A stretch of DNA of 44,372 nucleotides from Sedimentisphaerales bacterium (GTDB taxonomy: Bacteria > Planctomycetota > Phycisphaerae > Sedimentisphaerales > Anaerobacaceae), in NCBI GenBank assembly GCA_028277585.1, contig JANQFY010000178.1, forward strand, positions 1 to 44,372, given 5' to 3'. The translations under genes were made by a program, and so were the position numbers. Below are positions 37,539-44,372 of this stretch, piece after piece. The first letter of the stretch is position 1, and each line of letters opens with the position of its first letter. A model generated the notes under the pieces. The model was given only the letters and a program-made list of their open reading frames with translations, searched no databases and was not told the origin of the DNA.

Positions 37539-38720
37539 TCAGGACTGGGCGACCGCTTGCCATTGGCGCCAGCACAGGTAGAGGGCGCGGGGGACGTGGA
37601 AACAGCCCTTCCATTTGCCGCCTTTGAGGTCGAGCAGGCGCTCGCCCCGGCGGTTGAGATACCCAAACCACTCGCCGCCCCCGTCTTCATCGCGAAAGTG
37701 GGTCCAGGCGTAGTCGTGCACTTTCTCAAACCACTGCGCGCAAGCCTGCGACCCGGTCACCGCATACCCCATCGCCAGCGCCACCAGGGCCTCCAGGTGT
37801 ACCCACCATAGCTTCTGATCCCACTCCAACTGCTGGGGGGGCTTGCCTTGAACATCGAGGAAATAGAAGATCCCGCCGTGCTCGTTGTCCCAGGCGAATT
37901 CGAGGGTGTTCAAGATGATCTCGATCGTCCTCGCCACCAACTCAGCGTCCTCTCGACGCCGCGCGATATCCATAATGAACCACATCGCCTCGATGCCGTG
38001 CCCCGGATTGATCAGGCGCCCATCGAAACAGTCGGGATGCGAACCGTCTGGCGCCACGCTCTCGAAGGCCAATCGCTGGTCGGCGTCCAGGAATTCCGTC
38101 GTCACCTCCTGAACACACCGATCCAGCGCCGCTTCCAGCACGCCCGCTTCCAGCATCCATTCCATCTCGAGTACGAGATTCGCCAGGATCATAGGCAAAC
38201 CCAGCGACTTGAGCGGGCGCGTGCCCGGCACAATCTTGGAGTACTTGCCCTTCGGATCGTCCTGCCGCCTGAGGATGTTATCGTACGTGCGCAAAGCGAT
38301 CTCTCGCGCCTCGTCGTCACCACTGGCCTGGGCGTACTGGCTCAGCGCCATCGCGGCGAAGCAATCGCTGAAAATGTTGTAGGGCTGCACCAGGGGCTGA
38401 CCCTCTCGATTCAGGGCGAAGTACCAGTTGCCCTCCAGGTCCATGCCGTGACGGGTCAGAAACGCCGCCCCCTGGGCCGCGATCTCGAGCCAGACCGGTC
38501 TTTGCTCGTACCGATTGTAGAGCATCGCGAACGTCCAGACCTGGCGGGCCTGTAGCCAGACGAACTTATCCGTATCGAAGACACCACCCTGTCGGTCCAG
38601 GCACGTGAAGTACCCGCCGTGGGTTTCGTCGACCGAGCACCGCTCCCAGAACGGGATCACCTGCTCAAACAACTCGTCATGGTACTGCTGCGCCAGCGCT
38701 TGAGCCTTCTTCTGATCCAT
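37539..38720 (-). CDS. AGE-family (N-acyl-D-glucosamine 2-epimerase / cellobiose-2-epimerase-like) epimerase/isomerase
   Basis: Start at [38 protein letters not shown] (AGE N-terminal pattern). (alpha/alpha)6 barrel motifs. The long upstream extension in the six-frame ORF has no supporting features. Confidence 0.8.
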   Translation of the reverse strand: MDQKKAQALAQQYHDELFEQVIPFWERCSVDETHGGYFTCLDRQGGVFDTDKFVWLQARQVWTFAMLYNRYEQRPVWLEIAAQGAAFLTRHGMDLEGNWYFALNREGQPLVQPYNIFSDCFAAMALSQYAQASGDDEAREIALRTYDNILRRQDDPKGKYSKIVPGTRPLKSLGLPMILANLVLEMEWMLEAGVLEAALDRCVQEVTTEFLDADQRLAFESVAPDGSHPDCFDGRLINPGHGIEAMWFIMDIARRREDAELVARTIEIILNTLEFAWDNEHGGIFYFLDVQGKPPQQLEWDQKLWWVHLEALVALAMGYAVTGSQACAQWFEKVHDYAWTHFRDEDGGGEWFGYLNRRGERLLDLKGGKWKGCFHVPRALYLCWRQWQAVAQS

Positions 38721-38907
38721 GAGCCACTCCGTCTTCTGTTGCTTTCGATCGCCTATGTGATAACCTCCGCCCGGCGAAAAACTTATGCTAACCTGGGAAC
38801 GTTCTGCGTTCAAGCAACCACTTAGGCTTGCTTCACGGGCCCGGCAAAGCGATAATGGGGCGTTCACCAGAGCCATCATTGATCGCATGGAACGAAAGGA
38901 GAGCTTC

Positions 38908-40257
38908 ATGAACGCCAGCCGCACTTCTCAGCAACCGTCCGCATCCCGCCGTGACTTCCTCAAGCAGACCTCCGGCGCCCTGGCCGGCGTGGCTCTGGCC
39001 GGGGGCATCGCCGCACGGGCGTGGGCCGGCGAGCACAACACGATCAAGATCGCCCTGGTCGGTTGCGGCGGACGCGGGACCGGTGCGGCCGCCCAGGCGC
39101 TTTCCACCGCCGGACCCACGAAGCTCGTCGCCATGGCGGATGTCTTCGAAACTCGCCTCGAGAACAGTCTTAAGGGGCTGGCCAAGCAAAAGGGCGCGCA
39201 GGTGGATGTCCCCAAGGAGCGTCAATTCGTCGGCATGGACGGGTACAAGAAAGCCATCGACGCCATCGCTCCCGGCGGGGTCGTCCTGCTGGCGACACCT
39301 CCGACCTTCCGGCCGCTCCACGTCGAATACGCCGTGAAGAAGGGCTGCCATATCTTCATGGAGAAATCGTTCGCCGTCGACGCCCCCGGCATCCGCCGCG
39401 TCCTCAAGGCGGGCGAGCGGGCCGAGAAGAAGAATCTCAAGATCGCCAGTGGTCTGATGAGCCGTCACTACCAACCGCTGGTAGAAGCGGTCGAGCAACT
39501 CCACGACGGCAAGATCGGCGACATCATCACCTGCTGGGCCTATCGCGAGCACACGCCCGTCGGCTTTGCCGCCAAGGCGCCCGGCATGACCGAGATGGCC
39601 CACCAGATCCGCAACTATTCGAACTTCACCTGGGTCAACGGCAGCTTCATCCTCGACTGGCTGATCCACAACATCGACGTCTGCTGCTGGTGCAAAGACG
39701 CCTGGCCCGTTTCCGCTCAGGGTCAGGGCGGGCGCCAGACCCGCACGCACGCCGATCAGTTGTTCGACCATTACGCCGTCGAGTATCACTTCGCCGACGG
39801 GACGCGCCTCTTCGCCCAGGGCCGGCACATGGACAACTGCTGGGGCTTCTTTGGCGACCACATCCATGGCACCAAGGGCTGTGCCGAGTTGGGCGAGGGC
39901 ATCAGCAACCCGCGTATCTTCAAAGGTCACAACGTCGAGCCGTCGAACCTCATCTGGCGCTACAAGGGCCCGCGCTGCAACGCCTATCAGGTCGAGCACG
40001 ATCTGCTCTTCGACGCGATCCGCAAGAACAAGCCGTACAACGAAACGGTGCGCTCGTGCAACGCCGCGATGGCCGGCATCCTGGGCCGCATGGCCGCCGA
40101 GTCCGGCCAACTCATCACCTGGAAAGACGCCATGGCTTCGGACCTGGAACTCGCCCCGGGGATCGAGCACTTCACCATGAACTCGACCCCGCCGGTCGTG
40201 CCCGACGCCAACGGAAACTATCCCGTCGCCATGCCCGGCAAGACAGTCGTGCTATAG
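38908..40257 (+). CDS. TAT-exported Gfo/Idh/MocA-family oxidoreductase (second copy in the window)
   Basis: RBS AAGGAGAG 5 nt upstream. TAT motif [21 protein letters not shown]. Rossmann motif [16 protein letters not shown]. Motif FMEKSFAV. Confidence 0.85.
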   Translation: MNASRTSQQPSASRRDFLKQTSGALAGVALAGGIAARAWAGEHNTIKIALVGCGGRGTGAAAQALSTAGPTKLVAMADVFETRLENSLKGLAKQKGAQVDVPKERQFVGMDGYKKAIDAIAPGGVVLLATPPTFRPLHVEYAVKKGCHIFMEKSFAVDAPGIRRVLKAGERAEKKNLKIASGLMSRHYQPLVEAVEQLHDGKIGDIITCWAYREHTPVGFAAKAPGMTEMAHQIRNYSNFTWVNGSFILDWLIHNIDVCCWCKDAWPVSAQGQGGRQTRTHADQLFDHYAVEYHFADGTRLFAQGRHMDNCWGFFGDHIHGTKGCAELGEGISNPRIFKGHNVEPSNLIWRYKGPRCNAYQVEHDLLFDAIRKNKPYNETVRSCNAAMAGILGRMAAESGQLITWKDAMASDLELAPGIEHFTMNSTPPVVPDANGNYPVAMPGKTVVL

Positions 40258-40276
40258 GAGTGCCGCCAAGACCCAA

Positions 40277-40540
40277 TTGGCTGAGACCATGAAGAAACTA
40301 CTCAACGGACAAGCATTAGAAGCCAGAGCCAAGGAACTCGGCGTAGACGTCCAAGGCGACCCCATTACTCGGAGTGCGTCTGGACGCCACGCAAGAGCTG
40401 ACGATGCTGAACTCCAGCGTCGTGTTCTTGAGGCCGAGAGAGCCCTGCGAGATTCGCGTCTATGGATTCTCGCGTTCGTGTCTGCACTAGCGTCTCTGTT
40501 GAGCGCTATGGCAGCGTGGATTGCAGCCCTTTCGAAATAG
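40277..40540 (+). CDS. Small hypothetical tail-anchored membrane protein (87 aa)
   Basis: The open frame has a C-terminal hydrophobic helix (LWILAFVSALASLLSAMAAWIAAL). Codon usage and GC are atypical for the window (TTA, AGA, TCA codons). There is no homology I can recognise. Confidence 0.3.
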   Translation: MAETMKKLLNGQALEARAKELGVDVQGDPITRSASGRHARADDAELQRRVLEAERALRDSRLWILAFVSALASLLSAMAAWIAALSK

Positions 40541-40613
40541 CACGAGTGCCGGGTGGCAGCGTCAAGCGCAAGCTTGGCGATAGTTCGTTTGGGCGCTGAA
40601 GGGAGATAGGATT

Positions 40614-41453
40614 GTGAAAGCGCCGTGCCGAGTCGTGTTTCTACTCAGCCTCCTTGCACCAGCGTGCGGCGGAGCCGAGTTGCGCATCGCCAGTCTGATG
40701 ATCGAGCCGGTCAAGTGGGACAAGGATGCGAACGCCAGAACGTTCGAGCGGGCCATTCGGGACGCCCAGCGTCAGGGCGCGGACCTGGTTGTCACGCCCG
40801 AGGGGGCGCTGGAGGGCTACGTCGTCAACGAGGTGATCCGCGCGACGGGCGAGAAGCGAGCCGAACTGACCGAACGGTTTAATGCGTTAGCCGAGCCGTG
40901 CGACGGGCCCTACATTCGCTCCTTCCAGAAGTTGTGCAGGGAGTTGAAGGTCTATCTGATTCTGGGCCTCCTGGAAGCGGATGGCGGCAAAACGTACAAC
41001 ACCGCGATCCTGATCCGTCCGGACGGCACGATCGCAGGTAAGTACCGCAAGACGCATTTCGCCCAGGGCTACAGTAATGGCGATAAGAAAGGTGACAACC
41101 CGCCGGGTTACCTGCGGGGCACGAGTTATCCCGTCTTCAAGCTACACGGCCGCAAGATGGGAATCATGATCTGCTACGACCGTCAGAAGCCAATCGTCGC
41201 CCGCAACCTCGTCGCCAACGGCGCCGAATTCATCATCAACCCCGCCTTCGGCATGATGGGCGACTGCAACTGCAGATTCCTCACCGCCCGCGCCAAAGAA
41301 ACCCACGTTCCCATCCTCTTCGTCCACCCCCACCAGACGGTCTACAGCGACCAAGGCGGCGAGATCAAGCTCGACCTGCGACCCAAGAACGACGACCCCA
41401 GAGTCGTTGTCGTCCCCGTGGAGATCGGCAACGTCGCGACGACCTCGCCATGA
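40614..41453 (+). CDS. Secreted carbon-nitrogen hydrolase (nitrilase-superfamily amidohydrolase)
   Basis: GTG start with signal peptide MKAPCRVVFLLSLLAPACGGA. Catalytic triad contexts VTPEGAL (Glu), KYRKTHF (Lys), GIMICYD (Cys). Confidence 0.8.
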   Translation: MKAPCRVVFLLSLLAPACGGAELRIASLMIEPVKWDKDANARTFERAIRDAQRQGADLVVTPEGALEGYVVNEVIRATGEKRAELTERFNALAEPCDGPYIRSFQKLCRELKVYLILGLLEADGGKTYNTAILIRPDGTIAGKYRKTHFAQGYSNGDKKGDNPPGYLRGTSYPVFKLHGRKMGIMICYDRQKPIVARNLVANGAEFIINPAFGMMGDCNCRFLTARAKETHVPILFVHPHQTVYSDQGGEIKLDLRPKNDDPRVVVVPVEIGNVATTSP

Positions 41454-41527
41454 CGAACAGGACCGGCACGCACGCCGTCACAGTGACTCATTGAAGGAGA
41501 GAAATGTCACATTCTCAGAAAAAGGGG

Positions 41528-41556
41528 TTGACATAGAATACTCTTGTGTCTAGAAT
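41528..41556 (+). promoter_or_regulatory. Near-consensus sigma70-type promoter: TTGACA - 17 nt - TAGAAT
   Basis: TTGACA at 41528-41533, a 17-nt spacer, TAGAAT at 41551-41556. Located in a lower-GC non-coding island. Confidence 0.55.
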
Positions 41557-41562
41557 TATGCT

Positions 41563-41773
41563 TCACACTATCGTGCGGAAAGAAATCGGAACTTACGAGG
41601 ATTGAAATGTCATTCGTCTACGGAATACATCTCTGGTTAGCGCAACCCAAGGCGGGCGAATTGCTGCGCCTCGTGGTGGCATATCAGAAAACTGATATGG
41701 CGAACATGGGCGGCGCAGACCCCGTGAGGGGAGGTGCTCCGTAGAAGGAATAGGAATCGTACAAGAGACCGAC
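41563..41773 (+). ncRNA. Candidate small RNA or small-protein transcript (~240 nt to the end of the terminator) running from the predicted promoter to the intrinsic terminator. It contains a possible 45-codon ORF (41607-41744, MSFVYGIHLWLAQPKAGELLRLVVAYQKTDMANMGGADPVRGGAP).
   Basis: The unit is bracketed by a consensus promoter and a 10-bp GC-rich hairpin plus U-tract. GC content is clearly below the window average. A weak RBS-like AGGAT sits 6 nt before the ATG. No family assignment is possible by eye. Confidence 0.35.
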
Positions 41774-41810
41774 AAGCCTTCTGGGTAGCCCCTCAGAAGG
41801 CTTTTTTTAT
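41774..41810 (+). terminator. Rho-independent terminator
   Basis: AAGCCTTCTG (41774-41783) pairs perfectly with CAGAAGGCTT (41794-41803) around a 10-nt loop. The stem is followed by TTTTTTTAT. Confidence 0.7.
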
Positions 41811-42017
41811 TGCTTCCACTTGCTTGTGACACGCTGAGTCATGAGGTCGCCAGAGGTGCGCGCTTACCAGGTGTACGTGCGGTGGGAGCTTTGAAATGAG
41901 GTCGTGACAATCAGTTGAAGGGACCTGTGGATTTCACTGGGCCGGCGGCACGAACCTGACGGATGTCCCGTTTCGGGTCTCGCGTTCCGCGATCGGATTC
42001 TAACGAAAGTGAATCCT

Positions 42018-42089
42018 GACGGATTAGCTCAATGGGAGAGCATCACCGTCTCAAGGTGACTGTTGTGGGTTCGAATCCCACTCCTCACA
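42018..42089 (+). tRNA. tRNA-like element (anticodon loop GTCTCAA, giving anticodon CUC / Glu-type), with canonical D, anticodon and T arms but a poorly paired acceptor stem; possible tRNA pseudogene or remnant
   Basis: D-arm TA-GCTC-AATGGGA-GAGC. Anticodon stem TCACC/GGTGA. T-arm GTGGG-TTCGAAT-CCCAC (the GGTTCGAATCC box). The 5' GACGGAT versus 3' TCCTCAC pair at only 2-3 of 7 positions. No encoded CCA. Confidence 0.4.
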
Positions 42090-42477
42090 GCCAAGGACCC
42101 TTACGAGGGTCCCAGATGAGCCCCAGGGAAACGGCTGGTTCCAGGACACAAGCGGCTCTCGGTTCGTCGCCGCGCAGCGAATCGACGAATCGAGGCCGCA
42201 CCATTGGCAAGCGCCTTGCAGTGCGCGGATACCGCCCCTGAGGGCGTGCGGAAGGCGCCCCGCCCACGGTGGCGCAGGCTCGGCTCGGGCTGTTGGAGGG
42301 ACAGTGGCGAGTCGGGCGGCGTCGCCCGGGAGGGCGCGGCCACGCGCCCCGATGGCTCAAGCGTACTCCGCGTGAGTCGGTGGAGTGGAATGGACCGGCC
42401 GTTTCCCGAAGGCCTGCACCGGCCCGGTGCGAAACGACGTATTGAAAGTGTCATGAACAAAGGAAAGGAGGTAACAC

Positions 42478-43584
42478 ATGCTGGCTCTGAAACGAATTAA
42501 GGTACACAGCTACGAGAAGGGTCTGCATTTCCGAGACCAGGAGTTCAAGCGACTGCTCGAGCCGGGCGTCCACTGGTTCTTCGATCCGTTCGGCAAGGTC
42601 GCCGTACACGTGGCTAACCTGCGTCAGCCGTGGTTGGAGCACCCTCAGTTGGATCTGGTCGTAGCGGCCGATGTCTTGGGTGAACAGGCGACGGTTCTGG
42701 ACCTCAAGGACCACGAGCGGGCGCTCGTCTGGATCGATGGGCGATTTGCCCAGGTGGTGGGCCCTGGAGTGACGGCTTTGTGGACCACGCACCGCAAGGT
42801 GCGCGCTGAGATCGTGGACGCGCGAACGCTGCGTTTCGATCATCCCGAGGCCGCCACGATCCGCAAGACGCCCAGTGGCAGTCTCAGTCTGGAAGAGGTC
42901 GTCGTACCGGAAGACCACGTCGGGGTCTACTTCCGTAACGGAACGTATACCGAGACGCTGTCGGCCGGAACGTATCGATTCTGGAAGAACGTCGAGCGGT
43001 ACGAGGTCAAACCGGTTAGCCTCGCCGAGCAGACGATGGATGTCGCCGGCCAGGAGATCATGACCGCCGACAAGGTCACGCTGCGGCTCAATGCCCTGGT
43101 GACCTATCGCGTGGCGCATCCCGAGAAGTCGGTGCGTGTAGCGGCCGACGCCCGGCAGGCGCTGTATCGCGAGACCCAGTTGGCGCTGCGTGCCGTCATC
43201 GGTGGGCAGGACCTCGACGCCTTGCTCGCCGACAAAGACGCGATGGCTTCGGCACTGGGCGACTTGGTGAAGCCGCGTGCCGAAGCGCTCGGGCTGACTG
43301 TCGTGTCCCTCGGCATCCGGGACGTAATTCTGCCCGGCGACATGAAGGAACTGCTCAACCGAGTGACTGAGGCGCGGAAGGCCGCCGAGACGAACGTCAT
43401 CGCTCGACGTGAAGAGACGGCCGCCATGCGATCGCAGGTGAACACGGCCCGGCTGTTCGAGAACAACCCGACCCTGATGCGGTTGCGGGAACTGGAACTG
43501 CTGGAGAAGATCGCCGGCAACTCGAAACTCAGCGTCATGCTGGGCGAGAAGGGACTCGGCGAGCGGATCATGAACCTCGTGTGA
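42478..43584 (+). CDS. SPFH/Band-7 domain protein (stomatin/flotillin/HflKC superfamily)
   Basis: Strong RBS AAGGAGG 9 nt upstream. SPFH core (…TADKVTLRLNALVTYRVAHPEKSV…AAETNVIARREETAAMRSQ…) with a C-terminal coiled-coil-like region. Confidence 0.85.
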   Translation: MLALKRIKVHSYEKGLHFRDQEFKRLLEPGVHWFFDPFGKVAVHVANLRQPWLEHPQLDLVVAADVLGEQATVLDLKDHERALVWIDGRFAQVVGPGVTALWTTHRKVRAEIVDARTLRFDHPEAATIRKTPSGSLSLEEVVVPEDHVGVYFRNGTYTETLSAGTYRFWKNVERYEVKPVSLAEQTMDVAGQEIMTADKVTLRLNALVTYRVAHPEKSVRVAADARQALYRETQLALRAVIGGQDLDALLADKDAMASALGDLVKPRAEALGLTVVSLGIRDVILPGDMKELLNRVTEARKAAETNVIARREETAAMRSQVNTARLFENNPTLMRLRELELLEKIAGNSKLSVMLGEKGLGERIMNLV

Positions 43585-43751
43585 GCCCGAGAGGAGGTCT
43601 GGGCCATCCAGGCCTCCTCTCGACGCGCTCTTCCTGTCGGCACAAGCATTGTAGCATGGTTCTGTTGGAAAGCGCTCTGGAGACGGGTCTTGTCCGGCCG
43701 GGGTGATGACACTATCATGGTCGCAGGTGACATTAGTGTTGTGCGACGAAG

Positions 43752-44102
43752 GTGCTTTCGATTTCTGGCGGAGTCGGCGTGACTATCGGTGGTCTGGAGA
43801 TTCTGTTCTGTGTTCTGGTTGCGGGCGGGGCCGGAGGACTGTATTGCCTGCTCAGGGTGTTACTGGGCAAGGACCGGAATGGAGCCATTCGAAAAGAGGG
43901 CCTCGCGATCTTCGGATTTCCGGTGCTGTGTCTGATCGCTGCAGCGGTGACACCTCCCGACCTGATCACGCAACTGTTCCTTGCCGTCCCCCTCGGCGCC
44001 CTATACGGCCTGGCCGTAGCCGCCTGGCTGGTCGTTCGATATCGGGAGAAACTGTTTGGCGGACGCGGCGTTTCTGATTCCGATGGTGGAGACGCATCGT
44101 GA
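43752..44102 (+). CDS. Small hydrophobic membrane protein (~2-3 TM helices), possible membrane partner of the SPFH protein
   Basis: The frame encodes hydrophobic helices (LEILFCVLVAGGAGGLYCLL…, FGFPVLCLIAAAVT…, FLAVPLGALYGLAVAAWLVV). GTG start. The overlapping frame at 43703-44077 is Arg-rich and not protein-like. Confidence 0.45.
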   Translation: MLSISGGVGVTIGGLEILFCVLVAGGAGGLYCLLRVLLGKDRNGAIRKEGLAIFGFPVLCLIAAAVTPPDLITQLFLAVPLGALYGLAVAAWLVVRYREKLFGGRGVSDSDGGDAS

Positions 44103-44258
44103 ATCAAACCGAGAGCGCGAAGACCCTGGTGATTACCACCGATGAGGCGGCTCCCTGGACGTGAGGTACGAAGGCGGCCTTGACGGGACACCGATGGCGC
44201 GGTATGAAGGGCCGCGTCGCAGCGGGAAACGGAACATGTGGTTTTTTGGAGCGACGCG

Positions 44259-44372
44259 ATGGTGTGCGACGTGCGGGAACTGGAGGAACTATTGAGTAAG
44301 CCGACGGCGGTGACGCGTGACGTCCTGCGCGAAACGCCCGGTGACATCGTCGTTCTTGGCGCCGGGGGCAAG
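44259..44372 (+). CDS. 5' end of a gene encoding a Rossmann-fold NAD(P)-binding protein (…DIVVLGAGGK…); it continues beyond the window
   Basis: ATG at 44259, then MVCDVRELEELLSKPTAVTRDVLRETPGDIVVLGAGGK, which is open to the window end. Confidence 0.3.
   Translation, partial: MVCDVRELEELLSKPTAVTRDVLRETPGDIVVLGAGGK

Noticed and set aside
43703-44077. 124-aa ORF overlapping the small membrane-protein call in another frame
   Set aside because: The product is Arg/Ser/Gly-rich with no hydrophobic or domain features, which is characteristic of an off-frame reading of GC-rich coding DNA. The +1 frame (43752-44102) gives coherent TM helices.
1-44372. Searched for CRISPR arrays, IS/transposase, integrase, toxin-antitoxin, restriction-modification and other defence-system hallmarks
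   Set aside because: I found no regular repeat-spacer arrays, no transposase/integrase-like ORFs (DDE, tyrosine or serine recombinase motifs), and no nuclease/ATPase defence signatures. The only methyltransferase at 8072-9199 has small-molecule O-MTase features rather than DNA-MTase motifs.

Overview
High-GC (roughly 60-65%) bacterial chromosomal window. The gene content points to Planctomycetota or a related PVC lineage: TAT-exported Gfo/Idh/MocA oxidoreductases, HEAT-repeat giant proteins, a PSCyt1-type cytochrome domain, and many FG-GAP/ASPIC (CRTAC1-family) proteins. I call about 30 protein genes with no long non-coding gaps other than 29.65-30.34 kb and 41.45-42.48 kb. Main blocks: (i) 1-7 kb: the C-terminus of an MttB-family methyltransferase, then a minus-strand trio of a TAT Gfo/Idh/MocA oxidoreductase, a 1144-aa HEAT/FG-GAP protein and a GH4 glycosidase. 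(ii) 9.3-19.2 kb and 30.3-33.3 kb: four copies of a paralogous two-gene module, a membrane-anchored TPR protein followed by a secreted FG-GAP + UnbV/ASPIC (CRTAC1-family) protein. The first copy is a single 1170-aa fusion with an extra ~430-aa C-terminal domain of unknown function. (iii) 19.2-29.6 kb: a tightly packed minus-strand run of six exported proteins: a PD40 beta-propeller fused to a PSCyt1 c-type cytochrome, a fifth CRTAC1 paralog, a 952-aa protein with 10 CxxCH motifs, a YVTN beta-propeller and a C-terminal di-haem cytochrome-c-peroxidase/MauG-like domain, a Reg_prop-like beta-propeller, and two orphan type-1 periplasmic binding proteins. I consider this the most likely undescribed periplasmic redox system in the window. 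(iv) 33.5-40.3 kb: a trehalose module (OtsA-OtsB fusion plus a GH15 trehalase-like enzyme), an AGE-family epimerase and a second TAT Gfo/Idh/MocA oxidoreductase. (v) 40.3-44.4 kb: a secreted CN-hydrolase, a ~1 kb non-coding island holding a near-consensus sigma70 promoter, a ~240-nt lower-GC transcript ending in a strong intrinsic terminator (candidate sRNA or small protein), a tRNA-like element with intact D, anticodon and T arms but a degenerate acceptor stem, then an SPFH/Band-7 protein with a small membrane partner. No CRISPR arrays, IS elements, integrases or classic defence genes were seen. Many long antisense ORFs in the six-frame track are high-GC artefacts.
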